Source: an uncultured Puniceicoccaceae bacterium (GTDB taxonomy: Bacteria > Verrucomicrobiota > Verrucomicrobiia > Opitutales > Oceanipulchritudinaceae). From it: DNA of 64,000 nucleotides. The notes under the pieces were generated by a model that was given only the letters and a program-made list of their open reading frames with translations, made no database searches and had not been told where the DNA came from. A program made the position numbers and the translations under genes. The stretch covers positions 96,001-160,000 of the forward strand of contig CAWVVV010000001.1 of assembly GCA_963933835.1 (NCBI GenBank), in the 5' to 3' direction. Within the stretch, counting starts at the first letter, position 1. Each line of letters starts with the position of its first letter. Shown piece by piece: positions 20,401 through 28,360 of this stretch.

Positions 20401-20496
20401 CTAAATCACCTTCTTTTTATGGCGGTTGGCGCGTGAGCGCTTCTTGCGCTTGTGCTGCGAGATTTTACGGCGACGTTTTTTGCGGAGGTTACCCAT
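20401..20496 (-). CDS. Small basic protein, AURKAIP1/COX24 (bS22/mS38-like)
   Basis: Manual translation MGNLRKKRRRKISQHKRKKRSRANRHKKKVI (31 aa) matches the KKRRxKxxxHKxKK family pattern. Confidence 0.85.
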   Translation of the reverse strand: MGNLRKKRRRKISQHKRKKRSRANRHKKKVI

Positions 20497-20654
20497 AGGA
20501 ATAATTCTTACTTCGAAAGATCGGAAAAAGCGATGAACAAATCGAATCCTTAGGCCCCCTGACAAGCCTTTTCTTCATATAAAAAAACGACCTACCGCTC
20601 TAGTGTAATCACAATGGGTAGCGGTGAGCCCTGAGCGTTCCACATGATTATGAA

Positions 20655-20735
20655 TGGAGGGACTGGCTCCTGCCGGTCCGCGGACGGTATGGCGTGCTCT
20701 TCCATGCGGCGGACCGGCAGGAGCCGGTCCCTCCA
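20655..20735. repeat. GGAG-type REPIN-like hairpin, copy 3
   Basis: TGGAGGGACTGGCTCCTGCCGGTCCGC / GCGGACCGGCAGGAGCCGGTCCCTCCA near-perfect 27-bp arms. Confidence 0.85.
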
Positions 20736-20818
20736 GCGCCCGCTACAGATTTTCCGCACCCTTTCGTGATTATATCCGATGCCGTCTAATGTAAGGACGT
20801 GGGGATGAATAAAAAATG

Positions 20819-21176
20819 AGTGGTTTTCTGAGAGCGATAAGCCGGATTCTGTTCCCCGCCGGAGCGGTTCAGCATTCATTTATCTAAGCGGTGCACCCGG
20901 AAGTATTGGACGGGCCGCCCACTCCCCTATTCCACCTTGCACCAGAAGAGGTTTACACTGCCACGTCTGTCACCAAACGCGCGGTGGGCTCTTACCCCAC
21001 CTTTTCACCCTTACCCTGCGCCGAGGCTCAGGGCGGTTTATTTTCTGCTGCACTGCTGTCAAAAACGGATATAGCCGTTCCTGCCTCCGCTTTCGCAGAG
21101 CATCCTGCCCTATGGTGTCCGGACTTTCCTCCCGCCACCGAAGTGACGAGCGAATGCCTACTCTCAAAAAACCGCT
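20819..21176 (-). ncRNA. rnpB: RNase P RNA, bacterial class A
   Basis: Reverse complement contains GAGGAAAGTCCGGACACC, GGGTAAGGGTGAAAAGGTGGGGTAAGAGCCCACCG and ACAGAATCCGGCTTATC; complementary P1 ends. Confidence 0.97.
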
Positions 21177-21401
21177 GTGATGAACGCGCATGGAATCGCT
21201 CAAGGCAAGGACCGAAAGCCCTGAGCCACACCGTGTCCAAAAGCCCAGACAAACGCACCTTGGAAACTCGATATTATAGCTCCCCGCTCCTCATTTAATA
21301 AATATAATTTGCAGACAATCCAATGAGGTCCTCACTATAGCGGTTTTTTCCTCAAGCCCGTCTTCCCAAGTTAGCAGACCTCCACTCAAGTCCATCTCTC
21401 A

Positions 21402-23354
21402 ATGTCCGAAACCGCATTGCTCAAGCGCATCAACGCGCTCGTCGAAACGCCCTTCGATTCCCTCGAAGCCTGTCTCTCCCACTACCAAGACGTCCTTCCA
21501 AAACGCGTCGGTGAATACCACCAGGAAGAGGTCGGACCGACTTACCACCACAATGAGCCGGGCGAAGCCGATCGCTTTGTCCGCAAAGAGTTTCACCTCG
21601 GGCAAGGCACTTTTGATATGTCTGGCGGTCTCGACTGGTATGCTACCGCAACCGGCGACCTTGAGTGGAACGGCGGCCTCGTCCGCCATGGCTACTTCAT
21701 GCTCCTCGCTGATGAGTATGTGAAGACAGGCAAAGAGATCTACGCCGAGACGATCGTGGAGCACATCCTCCACTACATCGAAAACGTGCCGCCCTTCGAA
21801 CCCGAAGGTAAGCCTTACCTCGATTACAAGAAGTCCACTTGGCGCCCCTTCGAAGCCGCCGGCCGCGCCGCCGAGACTTGGCCCGAAGCCCTCGCCAAGA
21901 TCATCAAGACTTCGGCCATGACCGCCGAAGCTTGGGCGAAGATCCTCCTTTCCGTTCACGAGCACTCCGTCTTCCTCCGCAAAGAGCACTGGAAGACCGG
22001 TAATCACGCCACCCTCGAAGTCGCAGCGGTCGGCATCATCGCCGTCTTCTATCAGGAGTTCAAAGAACGCGACGCATGGCTCGAATACGCCGTCGAGTTT
22101 CTTGATGGCATGTGGACCGATCTCTTCGCCGATGACGGTTACTCCCGTGAAATGTCGGGCAGCTACCACTGGGTTGCCATGCGTAGCTTCTTCACCTTCT
22201 ACGAGGTCGCCTGTAACAACGGCTACAAGGAGCTCTTCCCGGCCAGCTTCCGTGAGCGCCTTATTCTCAACAGTTACGCTGAGCTTTATCAGGATAAGCC
22301 TGACGGCTCCACTCCGATCAGCAACGACTCCAGCTCCGACATCAATCGCCGCGAGCAGCTCTCCCGCATTCACAAGCTGTTTGATCTCCCTGAAGTAGGC
22401 TACTTCCTCAGCGGTGCGACTGAAGGCGACGAGCCTGAAATAGTTTCCTACTACTATCCTGATTCCCGCGTCGGCATCATGCGTAGTGATTGGGGTCCGG
22501 AAGCCAACTACCTTTACTTCGACATGGGTCCATGGGGTGACAACCACATGAACCAGGACCAGCTCGCTATTGAAGTATCGGCCAAAGGACGCCACTTCCT
22601 CATCAACGGCGGCAAATGGCGCTACACCACCTCCGATCCTGACGCCGAGTGGATGGGCCTCGCCAAATACTTCAAAGCCACCGCTTCCTATAATTGCGTA
22701 TTGGTTAATGGATACGGTCAGATCTTCGGCGATGCTGAAGGCACGATGAAGGTCTCCTACGACTACGACTATGCCGATGGCAGCTTTAAGGAAGGCTTCG
22801 GCGAGGAAGTTCCCGGTCGCGACGAAACCCTCTTCCGCGAGCGCGGCCTCTCCACCCTGATGGAGAAACGCCTCCCCGGCGTCAGCCATCGCCGCCAAGT
22901 CTTCTTCGCCCGCCCTCACGGCTGGGTTGTTCGTGATACGCTCGAAGGCCCAGGCATCAAAAGCGCCGAGCAGCTCTGGCACTTCTACAAAGGCCGTATC
23001 GAACCCGTCGCAGGCAACCAACAGGCTTGGGCGACGCAATTCGATGACAGCAACCTCATTGTCATGACCAAAGCCAGTGGGCCTCAAAGTGCTGAAGTCT
23101 TTAAAGGCCAAAAAGAGCCCTTCTTCGCCGGTTGGCATTGCCCTTACTACGACGTCGTCCGCCCTACACCTGAACTCCGCTTCACCCAAAAGGGCAGCGA
23201 CAAGCTCGTCTTCCACACCCTTCTCTGGCCTGTCGAAGGCACCGTTGAGGACGTCCCTCAATTCGACATCGGTGAATCCTCCTACAAAATCACCTCTGGT
23301 GCCACCACGATCAAAATCAAAGCGACCGACGAAGAAGGCTGGCGCCTCTGCTAA
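21402..23354 (+). CDS. Heparinase II/III-like polysaccharide lyase
   Basis: GNHATLE, DGYSREMSGSYH, RSDWG, GPWGDNHMNQDQLAIE, SYNCVLVNG, HRRQVFF; no signal peptide. Confidence 0.8.
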   Translation: MSETALLKRINALVETPFDSLEACLSHYQDVLPKRVGEYHQEEVGPTYHHNEPGEADRFVRKEFHLGQGTFDMSGGLDWYATATGDLEWNGGLVRHGYFMLLADEYVKTGKEIYAETIVEHILHYIENVPPFEPEGKPYLDYKKSTWRPFEAAGRAAETWPEALAKIIKTSAMTAEAWAKILLSVHEHSVFLRKEHWKTGNHATLEVAAVGIIAVFYQEFKERDAWLEYAVEFLDGMWTDLFADDGYSREMSGSYHWVAMRSFFTFYEVACNNGYKELFPASFRERLILNSYAELYQDKPDGSTPISNDSSSDINRREQLSRIHKLFDLPEVGYFLSGATEGDEPEIVSYYYPDSRVGIMRSDWGPEANYLYFDMGPWGDNHMNQDQLAIEVSAKGRHFLINGGKWRYTTSDPDAEWMGLAKYFKATASYNCVLVNGYGQIFGDAEGTMKVSYDYDYADGSFKEGFGEEVPGRDETLFRERGLSTLMEKRLPGVSHRRQVFFARPHGWVVRDTLEGPGIKSAEQLWHFYKGRIEPVAGNQQAWATQFDDSNLIVMTKASGPQSAEVFKGQKEPFFAGWHCPYYDVVRPTPELRFTQKGSDKLVFHTLLWPVEGTVEDVPQFDIGESSYKITSGATTIKIKATDEEGWRLC

Positions 23355-23359
23355 TCAGG

Positions 23360-23533
23360 CGTCCTTGAAACTGACTACAAATACCTGGTCGCGCCACACT
23401 TTGACGATCTATGAATAGCAATGAAGCGCCCCGACTCACCACCCTCATCATCCAAACCGGCGAACAACGCCGCTTCGCAAACCTCATCCTCACCGTCGGC
23501 GTCGTCAAGATGGCCGAAGAAGCAGGGTTTTAA
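23360..23533 (+). pseudogene. Possible C-terminal gene remnant
   Basis: Coding-like DYKYLVAPHFDDL*IAMKRPD / LTTLIIQTGEQRRFANLILTVGVVKMAEEAGF* with an internal stop and a frame change. Confidence 0.35.
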
Positions 23534-23534
23534 G

Positions 23535-23561
23535 GTAGGGTCGTCTGTCCCCAGACGACCG
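23535..23561 (+). repeat. GTAG-type REP
   Basis: GTAG followed by the palindrome GGTCGTCTG-TCCC-CAGACGACC. Confidence 0.7.
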
Positions 23562-23675
23562 CCCAGAGCAAAAGTCAGTTCATACAACTTTCAGAGTGTT
23601 CTTCCTTCATGGGGAGAGCGCTCTTTTTCTGTCCGAGATTAGCTCAGATCAAAACGCCTCCTTGGAAAAGATCTT

Positions 23676-23777
23676 ACCACAAAAGGCACAAAATATTTTC
23701 TCACAGAGGCGCTGAGGAAATATAACCACGGATCGACGCATTCGGCAGGCTCATGCCGAGACGGATAGTCACAGATC
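23676..23777. repeat. Cluster of CAC-periodic microrepeats
   Basis: ACCACAAAAGGCACAAAA, CTCACAGAGGCGCTGAGG, AACCACGGAT...ACGGATAGTCACAGAT. Confidence 0.55.
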
Positions 23778-23780
23778 AAA

Positions 23781-24305
23781 TCAACTGAACCTCAAGCCAC
23801 CACCCTCATCAGCCGAACCAGCGTTGCCCGCTTCTGAGTTTACCGACCTACCTGGAGATACTTCACCTCCAGCACCGCCGGTTCCGCCCGTCGCTGCGGT
23901 TGAAATGCGTGGACCAAAGCAACCATCAAGCTGGGGCTCACCTCCATCGCCGCCGCCCCCATTGCCAAATCTTAGGTCCGCTGCCGCTGAGAGGGTACTG
24001 CCCGCCTCGGTTGTGGAATTCCCATTGATCACTAGGCGAAAAGGGTAAAAGCCACGGACCCAGAAGAAGTCACCATTGTTGAGCCGAAAATCACCCGTTA
24101 TGGTCAAGCTTACCGAGCCGTCAGTCTCGATCAACAATCCGATGGGCTGTCCGTTGATCGCCGTTTGCACCTGTCCATCTTTGATCAGCTCAGCGGCACT
24201 GGTATCAAACTCCCAGATAGCGGCATGCGCTATCGTTGGGGACTTTAGGCGGCAATGAGGACTGAACCAAAAAGACGACACCGTGGGGTAAAATGCATGC
24301 GCCAT
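23781..24305 (-). pseudogene. Truncated N-terminus of a Gly-rich secreted protein
   Basis: Ends inside GGxGG repeats at the repeat cluster; an alternative frame gives signal-like MHFTPRCRLFGSVLIAA that joins by a 1-nt shift to KSPTIAHA/AIWEF. Confidence 0.5.
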
Positions 24306-24415
24306 GATGGCGTCTGCACCTAGCTGGGTTCAAGTTTTATTGGCCCGTAGGGAAGGCTAGCCACTGTCTTGCCTCGCATCCTGCTTCTTCATCGTCCAAT
24401 ACTCATATCGTCACT

Positions 24416-25309
24416 ATGAACATGGAACAAATTCTCGATAAGCTCAAAGAACTCTGGACGCTCGAACTCTATCAGAGTGGAGGCAATACGGTGCACATCA
24501 ACCAGCTCGTCATAGCAGTCCTGCTCATCATTTTCGGAATCCTCATAGGCAAGCGCATTGCCATCGTTATCGGGCGGCGAATGGTCCGATCAAAGCGGAT
24601 CAATAAGAACACGGCCCATTTTCTTCAGCGCATCCTCTTTTATCTTTTTGTCGTCGTCATCGTCCTCTCTGCCTTACCCATCGCAGGGATCCCGATCACA
24701 ATCTTTACGGTCATGGGCGGCGCACTCGCCATCGGGGTCGGCTTTGGAGCGCAGAACCTTTTCAACAATCTCATCTCCGGCATCATCATCATGCTCGAGA
24801 AGCCGATCCGGATCGGAGACGTCATCGAGATTTCCGGAAATGAAGGAAAGGTCGAAGACATCGGGAACCGCTGCGTGCGCATTCGACGCACCGATGGAAT
24901 TGACCTCATCGTACCGAACAGCCGCTTCCTCGAAGACATTGTCGTCAATTGGACGCTCTGCGATGGCAACGTCCGCGGAACAGTCGCGGTCGGAGTGGCT
25001 TATGGTTCCGATACAAAACTAACCAGAGACCTCATGCTCCAGGCGGTGTCCGAAATCCCAAAGATCCTCAAGACACCTGAAGCGCACGTCTTCTTTAAAG
25101 AGTTCGGAGACAACTCCCTCGCGTTTGAACTCGAATTCTGGTCAGAAGTCACCCGCCCATTCGACCTCAAACGCTTGAGGTCCGATCTCCGCTTTCGCAT
25201 CAATGAACTCTTCAATGAGGCCGGCCTCGTGATTGCTTTCCCGCAGCGCGATCTCCACCTCGACACCCTCAAGCCGTTGAAAATCAAACTCGTGCCGGGG
25301 TCCGATTAA
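24416..25309 (+). CDS. Small-conductance mechanosensitive channel (MscS family)
   Basis: GVGFGAQNLFNNLISG, PIRIGD, IVPNS, VGVAYGSD, IAFPQRDLH. Confidence 0.93.
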   Translation: MNMEQILDKLKELWTLELYQSGGNTVHINQLVIAVLLIIFGILIGKRIAIVIGRRMVRSKRINKNTAHFLQRILFYLFVVVIVLSALPIAGIPITIFTVMGGALAIGVGFGAQNLFNNLISGIIIMLEKPIRIGDVIEISGNEGKVEDIGNRCVRIRRTDGIDLIVPNSRFLEDIVVNWTLCDGNVRGTVAVGVAYGSDTKLTRDLMLQAVSEIPKILKTPEAHVFFKEFGDNSLAFELEFWSEVTRPFDLKRLRSDLRFRINELFNEAGLVIAFPQRDLHLDTLKPLKIKLVPGSD

Positions 25310-25492
25310 GTCGGCACAGCCTTTTCTGAAAATCCATCTGCTGGCGCTTGTAACCTTTGGGCGCTTTAAAGGCATTCTTTTCGAATTTTTGTCCGGTGCC
25401 CTTGGAGAGCATGGCCTCTGAAAGCACCGCTCCTGAGGCGTCGAGCTCGACGGTTTTGACGGGGAAGTAACCTACTCCGTAGACCGTAGCAA
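25284..25492 (-). pseudogene. C-terminal remnant of a hypothetical (DUF4412-like) protein
   Basis: ATVYGVGYFPVKTVE...FKAPKGYKRQQMDF; cut off at about 25492 where AT-rich DNA begins. Confidence 0.4.
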
Positions 25493-25645
25493 ATTTCCAA
25501 AATAACGACTGACTTTTTTCAACCTCCCCCCCCCCTTCATTCTTATCCAATTGAATAATAGTTCAGCCATACTTCTGCGAAGACTACGCTTCTTCCGTAG
25601 GCAGCTCCGATCGATTCTAGGGGCTCTTATTGTCCTGCAAAGCCA

Positions 25646-26890
25646 TTGGAAATATATTTCCCGAGGTCTAAATTGCCTCCTGGACGTTTAAGACCCCTTC
25701 AGTGGCTTGAACGATCTGACCGATTTTTGATCCTAGATTTGTCTCAAAAACACGGGGCCATATTCAAGGGCATAGAGGGAAAGGTGCATATAATTTTCAT
25801 CGTCGGACTTTCTGAGTGTAGTGAATTCATTAAACAGTTTAGAACCCAGCTGCGTTTAGAGACGGTAGACCTAGCCCATTTTTTCCCAAATGGTTTTCTG
25901 AGGCAAATGGAGGGGAATGCGCACAAAAACTATCGAAGCGCTCTAATGAAGGGAATTTCACCCGCTATAATGGATGAAAATGCTCAAATCCATGAAGCTG
26001 TGGTCAAAAATGCATTACACGAGTTTTCGATCAATAAACTAAAATCGAGCGAGTCCGCTGAAGCCTACAAGCAGTCTTTAATCACGATCTCGACGAGTCT
26101 ATTGATTCAGATATTTTTTGGAATAGATCCCGACACTCCCAAGCATATGTATTTGTTATCTCGATACAGAAATTTGGGGGATTCTGATTATGCCTGGAAG
26201 CAGGGAGAGGGTCAAAAGCGTGTCTACCTGGATATCCGAGGGTTCCTACTCGAACGACTAGAGCGAAAAGAGCTTTCCAGTTCTACGAGCATTCTAAGCC
26301 TAATGGCTGCTTCCGGAGAAATTGATGAAACGAGTCTAGGCAATCTAATCTACATGGTGGAGATGGGGCGCTATGATATGGGGGGATTGTTTCGCTGGTT
26401 GACAAAAAATGCCACGGAGAACCCGCATATCTTAACGGCTATCGCAGAGGAGCATGCCAACTTATCTTTAGATGAGGATTCACTCCTAAAGGCGTTTGTC
26501 TTGGAAACCCTTCGAATGGAGCAGATTGAACGCTTGATGAGGATTACCGATACCGATCTGCATTTTGGTGGTTTCATTATTCCAAAGAATTCACTGATCC
26601 GGTTATGTATCTGGGAGTCGCACAAAAATCCGGACAACTTTCCAGAACCCTTCCAGTTTAAGCCCGAGCGATTCTTGGAAAATAATTTCAGCCAGAAAGA
26701 GTATGCTCCATTTGGTATGGGACATCACCGTTGTCCTCTCGCGCAAACCTCGATAAGAATGTGCATGATCGTCGTTAAGGTTTTAGCCCAACACTACCGA
26801 ATTAAACCCTATAATGTAGGCCCTGCCCACAGAGGACCCAACCATTGGGAGCCAGCCAAAGACTTCACCGTTCGACTAGTTCCGAAATAA
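25646..26890 (+). CDS. Cytochrome P450 (atypical, low GC; 5' end uncertain)
   Basis: LPPG hinge, ETLR (ExxR), FKPERF and FGMGHHRCP heme-ligand motif. Confidence 0.88.
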   Translation: MEIYFPRSKLPPGRLRPLQWLERSDRFLILDLSQKHGAIFKGIEGKVHIIFIVGLSECSEFIKQFRTQLRLETVDLAHFFPNGFLRQMEGNAHKNYRSALMKGISPAIMDENAQIHEAVVKNALHEFSINKLKSSESAEAYKQSLITISTSLLIQIFFGIDPDTPKHMYLLSRYRNLGDSDYAWKQGEGQKRVYLDIRGFLLERLERKELSSSTSILSLMAASGEIDETSLGNLIYMVEMGRYDMGGLFRWLTKNATENPHILTAIAEEHANLSLDEDSLLKAFVLETLRMEQIERLMRITDTDLHFGGFIIPKNSLIRLCIWESHKNPDNFPEPFQFKPERFLENNFSQKEYAPFGMGHHRCPLAQTSIRMCMIVVKVLAQHYRIKPYNVGPAHRGPNHWEPAKDFTVRLVPK

Positions 26891-26922
26891 AGGCGGCACA
26901 AAGTTTGTGGCAAGAAAAGTGG

Positions 26923-27047
26923 GGTATGATCCGAGGACATCGGGAACAGATCTTCTAAGGACATCGGGAACACTTCAAAATGGCATGTATGCCATGGAAG
27001 AAGACCGAACCGATGACCTCGGATCATACCTGTCCTCGGATCATACC
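26923..27047. repeat. About 125-bp inverted-repeat element with internal duplications
   Basis: GGTATGATCCGAGGACATCG (26923-42) inverted at 27011-30 with 1 mismatch; second arm at 27031-47; AGGACATCGGGAACA at 26934 and 26958. Confidence 0.7.
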
Positions 27048-27124
27048 GTTGCCGATCACCGTGTGATCAACTTTTTCCTTGTCATGTTACTAAAGGTGTT
27101 ATACCAAGAGTAAAATACAAAAGA

Positions 27125-28222
27125 ATGAATCCATTCGTATACACCAACTTTGTGAAAGGAAGGGACTTCTGCCCCCGGCCAGAGGCTAAGAAGCTAAAGG
27201 GCCGGCTGGAGAGTGGTCACTCGGTCGCTTTGATCGGTCCACGGCGGACTGGGAAAACCTCGCTGATCTATGAGGGCGCGCGCCTCGCGAAGAAGAAGGT
27301 CTCCTATGTCGATTTCCTCAGCGTAACGGATGAGCGCGACATTGCGCAGCGCCTCCTTCGCGGACTCGATGGCATTCAGTCGCTGAAGCGTTCTGCGATC
27401 GAATATCTAAGCCACATTGGCATCAGCTTTTCGGTCGATCCGCTCACAGGAAACACCGCCTTCTCCCTCTCGGGACGCAGTGCGGATGACCCGGATACGA
27501 TCGATCGCATTCTGAGATCGCTTGTGACGCTCCTTGAAACTCACCCTAAAACAGTGCTCGCGCTGGACGAATTTCAGGCGATCAAGGTACTCCCCAACGG
27601 CAAGGCGCTCCTCGCCCTCTTCCGGAGTCATCTTCAGTTCGTGCAGCAGTCGGTGGTCTATTCTGGGAGCATTCGTCACGAGCTAGAATGGGTCTTCAAC
27701 GATTACGACTCTCCTTACTATAAGTCTGTCGCGATCCTCGATGTCCTTCCAATCGATCGCACACACTTTGAACCCTTCCTCGCCCGCCGCTTCAAAAAGA
27801 CGGGACGCGTTCTTGTCCCTGAAGTCTGGAATTACATCTGGGATGTAACCGAGGGGTTCCCGGGTGATGTTCAGCACCTTTGCTCTGCAATCCACGACCT
27901 CAGCGAGGCAGGGAAGATAGATATCAAAATAGCACGCGCCGGGCTAGAAACCGTTCTCAAAGAGCGCAGTTCCGGACACTCCAGTCGCTTCGAACTTCTC
28001 CCTTCAGTTCAGCGCAAAGTGATCATCGCCATAGCCAACCAAGGCGGGCGTGAAATCAACTCCGGCGATTGGATCAAGAAGGCAGGATTGAGTAATGCCT
28101 CAAGTATCCTGAAAGCGGCCAATGGCCTCGTTGAGAAAAACTTTCTTTGGAAAGAGGATGGTGAATACAGGTTCTTCGATCCGTTCTTAAAAGCGTGGCT
28201 GCAGATTCAGTTCCTTCGTTAA
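27125..28222 (+). CDS. Stand-alone P-loop ATPase (archaeal-ATPase/AAA family) with C-terminal winged helix
   Basis: MNPF start, Walker A GPRRTGKT, Walker B LALDEFQ, TEGFP, YRFFDPFLKAWL. Confidence 0.85.
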   Translation: MNPFVYTNFVKGRDFCPRPEAKKLKGRLESGHSVALIGPRRTGKTSLIYEGARLAKKKVSYVDFLSVTDERDIAQRLLRGLDGIQSLKRSAIEYLSHIGISFSVDPLTGNTAFSLSGRSADDPDTIDRILRSLVTLLETHPKTVLALDEFQAIKVLPNGKALLALFRSHLQFVQQSVVYSGSIRHELEWVFNDYDSPYYKSVAILDVLPIDRTHFEPFLARRFKKTGRVLVPEVWNYIWDVTEGFPGDVQHLCSAIHDLSEAGKIDIKIARAGLETVLKERSSGHSSRFELLPSVQRKVIIAIANQGGREINSGDWIKKAGLSNASSILKAANGLVEKNFLWKEDGEYRFFDPFLKAWLQIQFLR

Positions 28223-28225
28223 CGC

Positions 28226-28360
28226 AAAGGTAGGGACGGCTGCCTCAGCCGTCCGCAGTGTTAAAAGGCGTATCCACTTCGGCCCCCCGGGGACAGGCGG
28301 CCCTACCTTAACTGCAAGCACTACCCGACCGTAAAGGTAGGGACGGCTGTCTCAGCCGTC
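28226..28360. repeat. BIME-like cluster of three alternating GTAG REPs
   Basis: AAAGGTAGGGACGGCTG(C/T)CTCAGCCGTC at 28226 and 28333 (28 bp, 1 mismatch), with an inverted REP ending CCCTAC at 28306 between them. Confidence 0.8.

Noticed and set aside
20891..21298. ORFs of 76-135 aa
   Set aside because: They overlap RNase P RNA, which explains the sequence.
21399..23261. 620-aa antisense ORF over the lyase
   Set aside because: Shadow frame caused by biased codon usage; it has no motifs, while the + strand has clear family motifs.
26923..27047. Mini-CRISPR
   Set aside because: The repeats are short, partly inverted and irregularly spaced.
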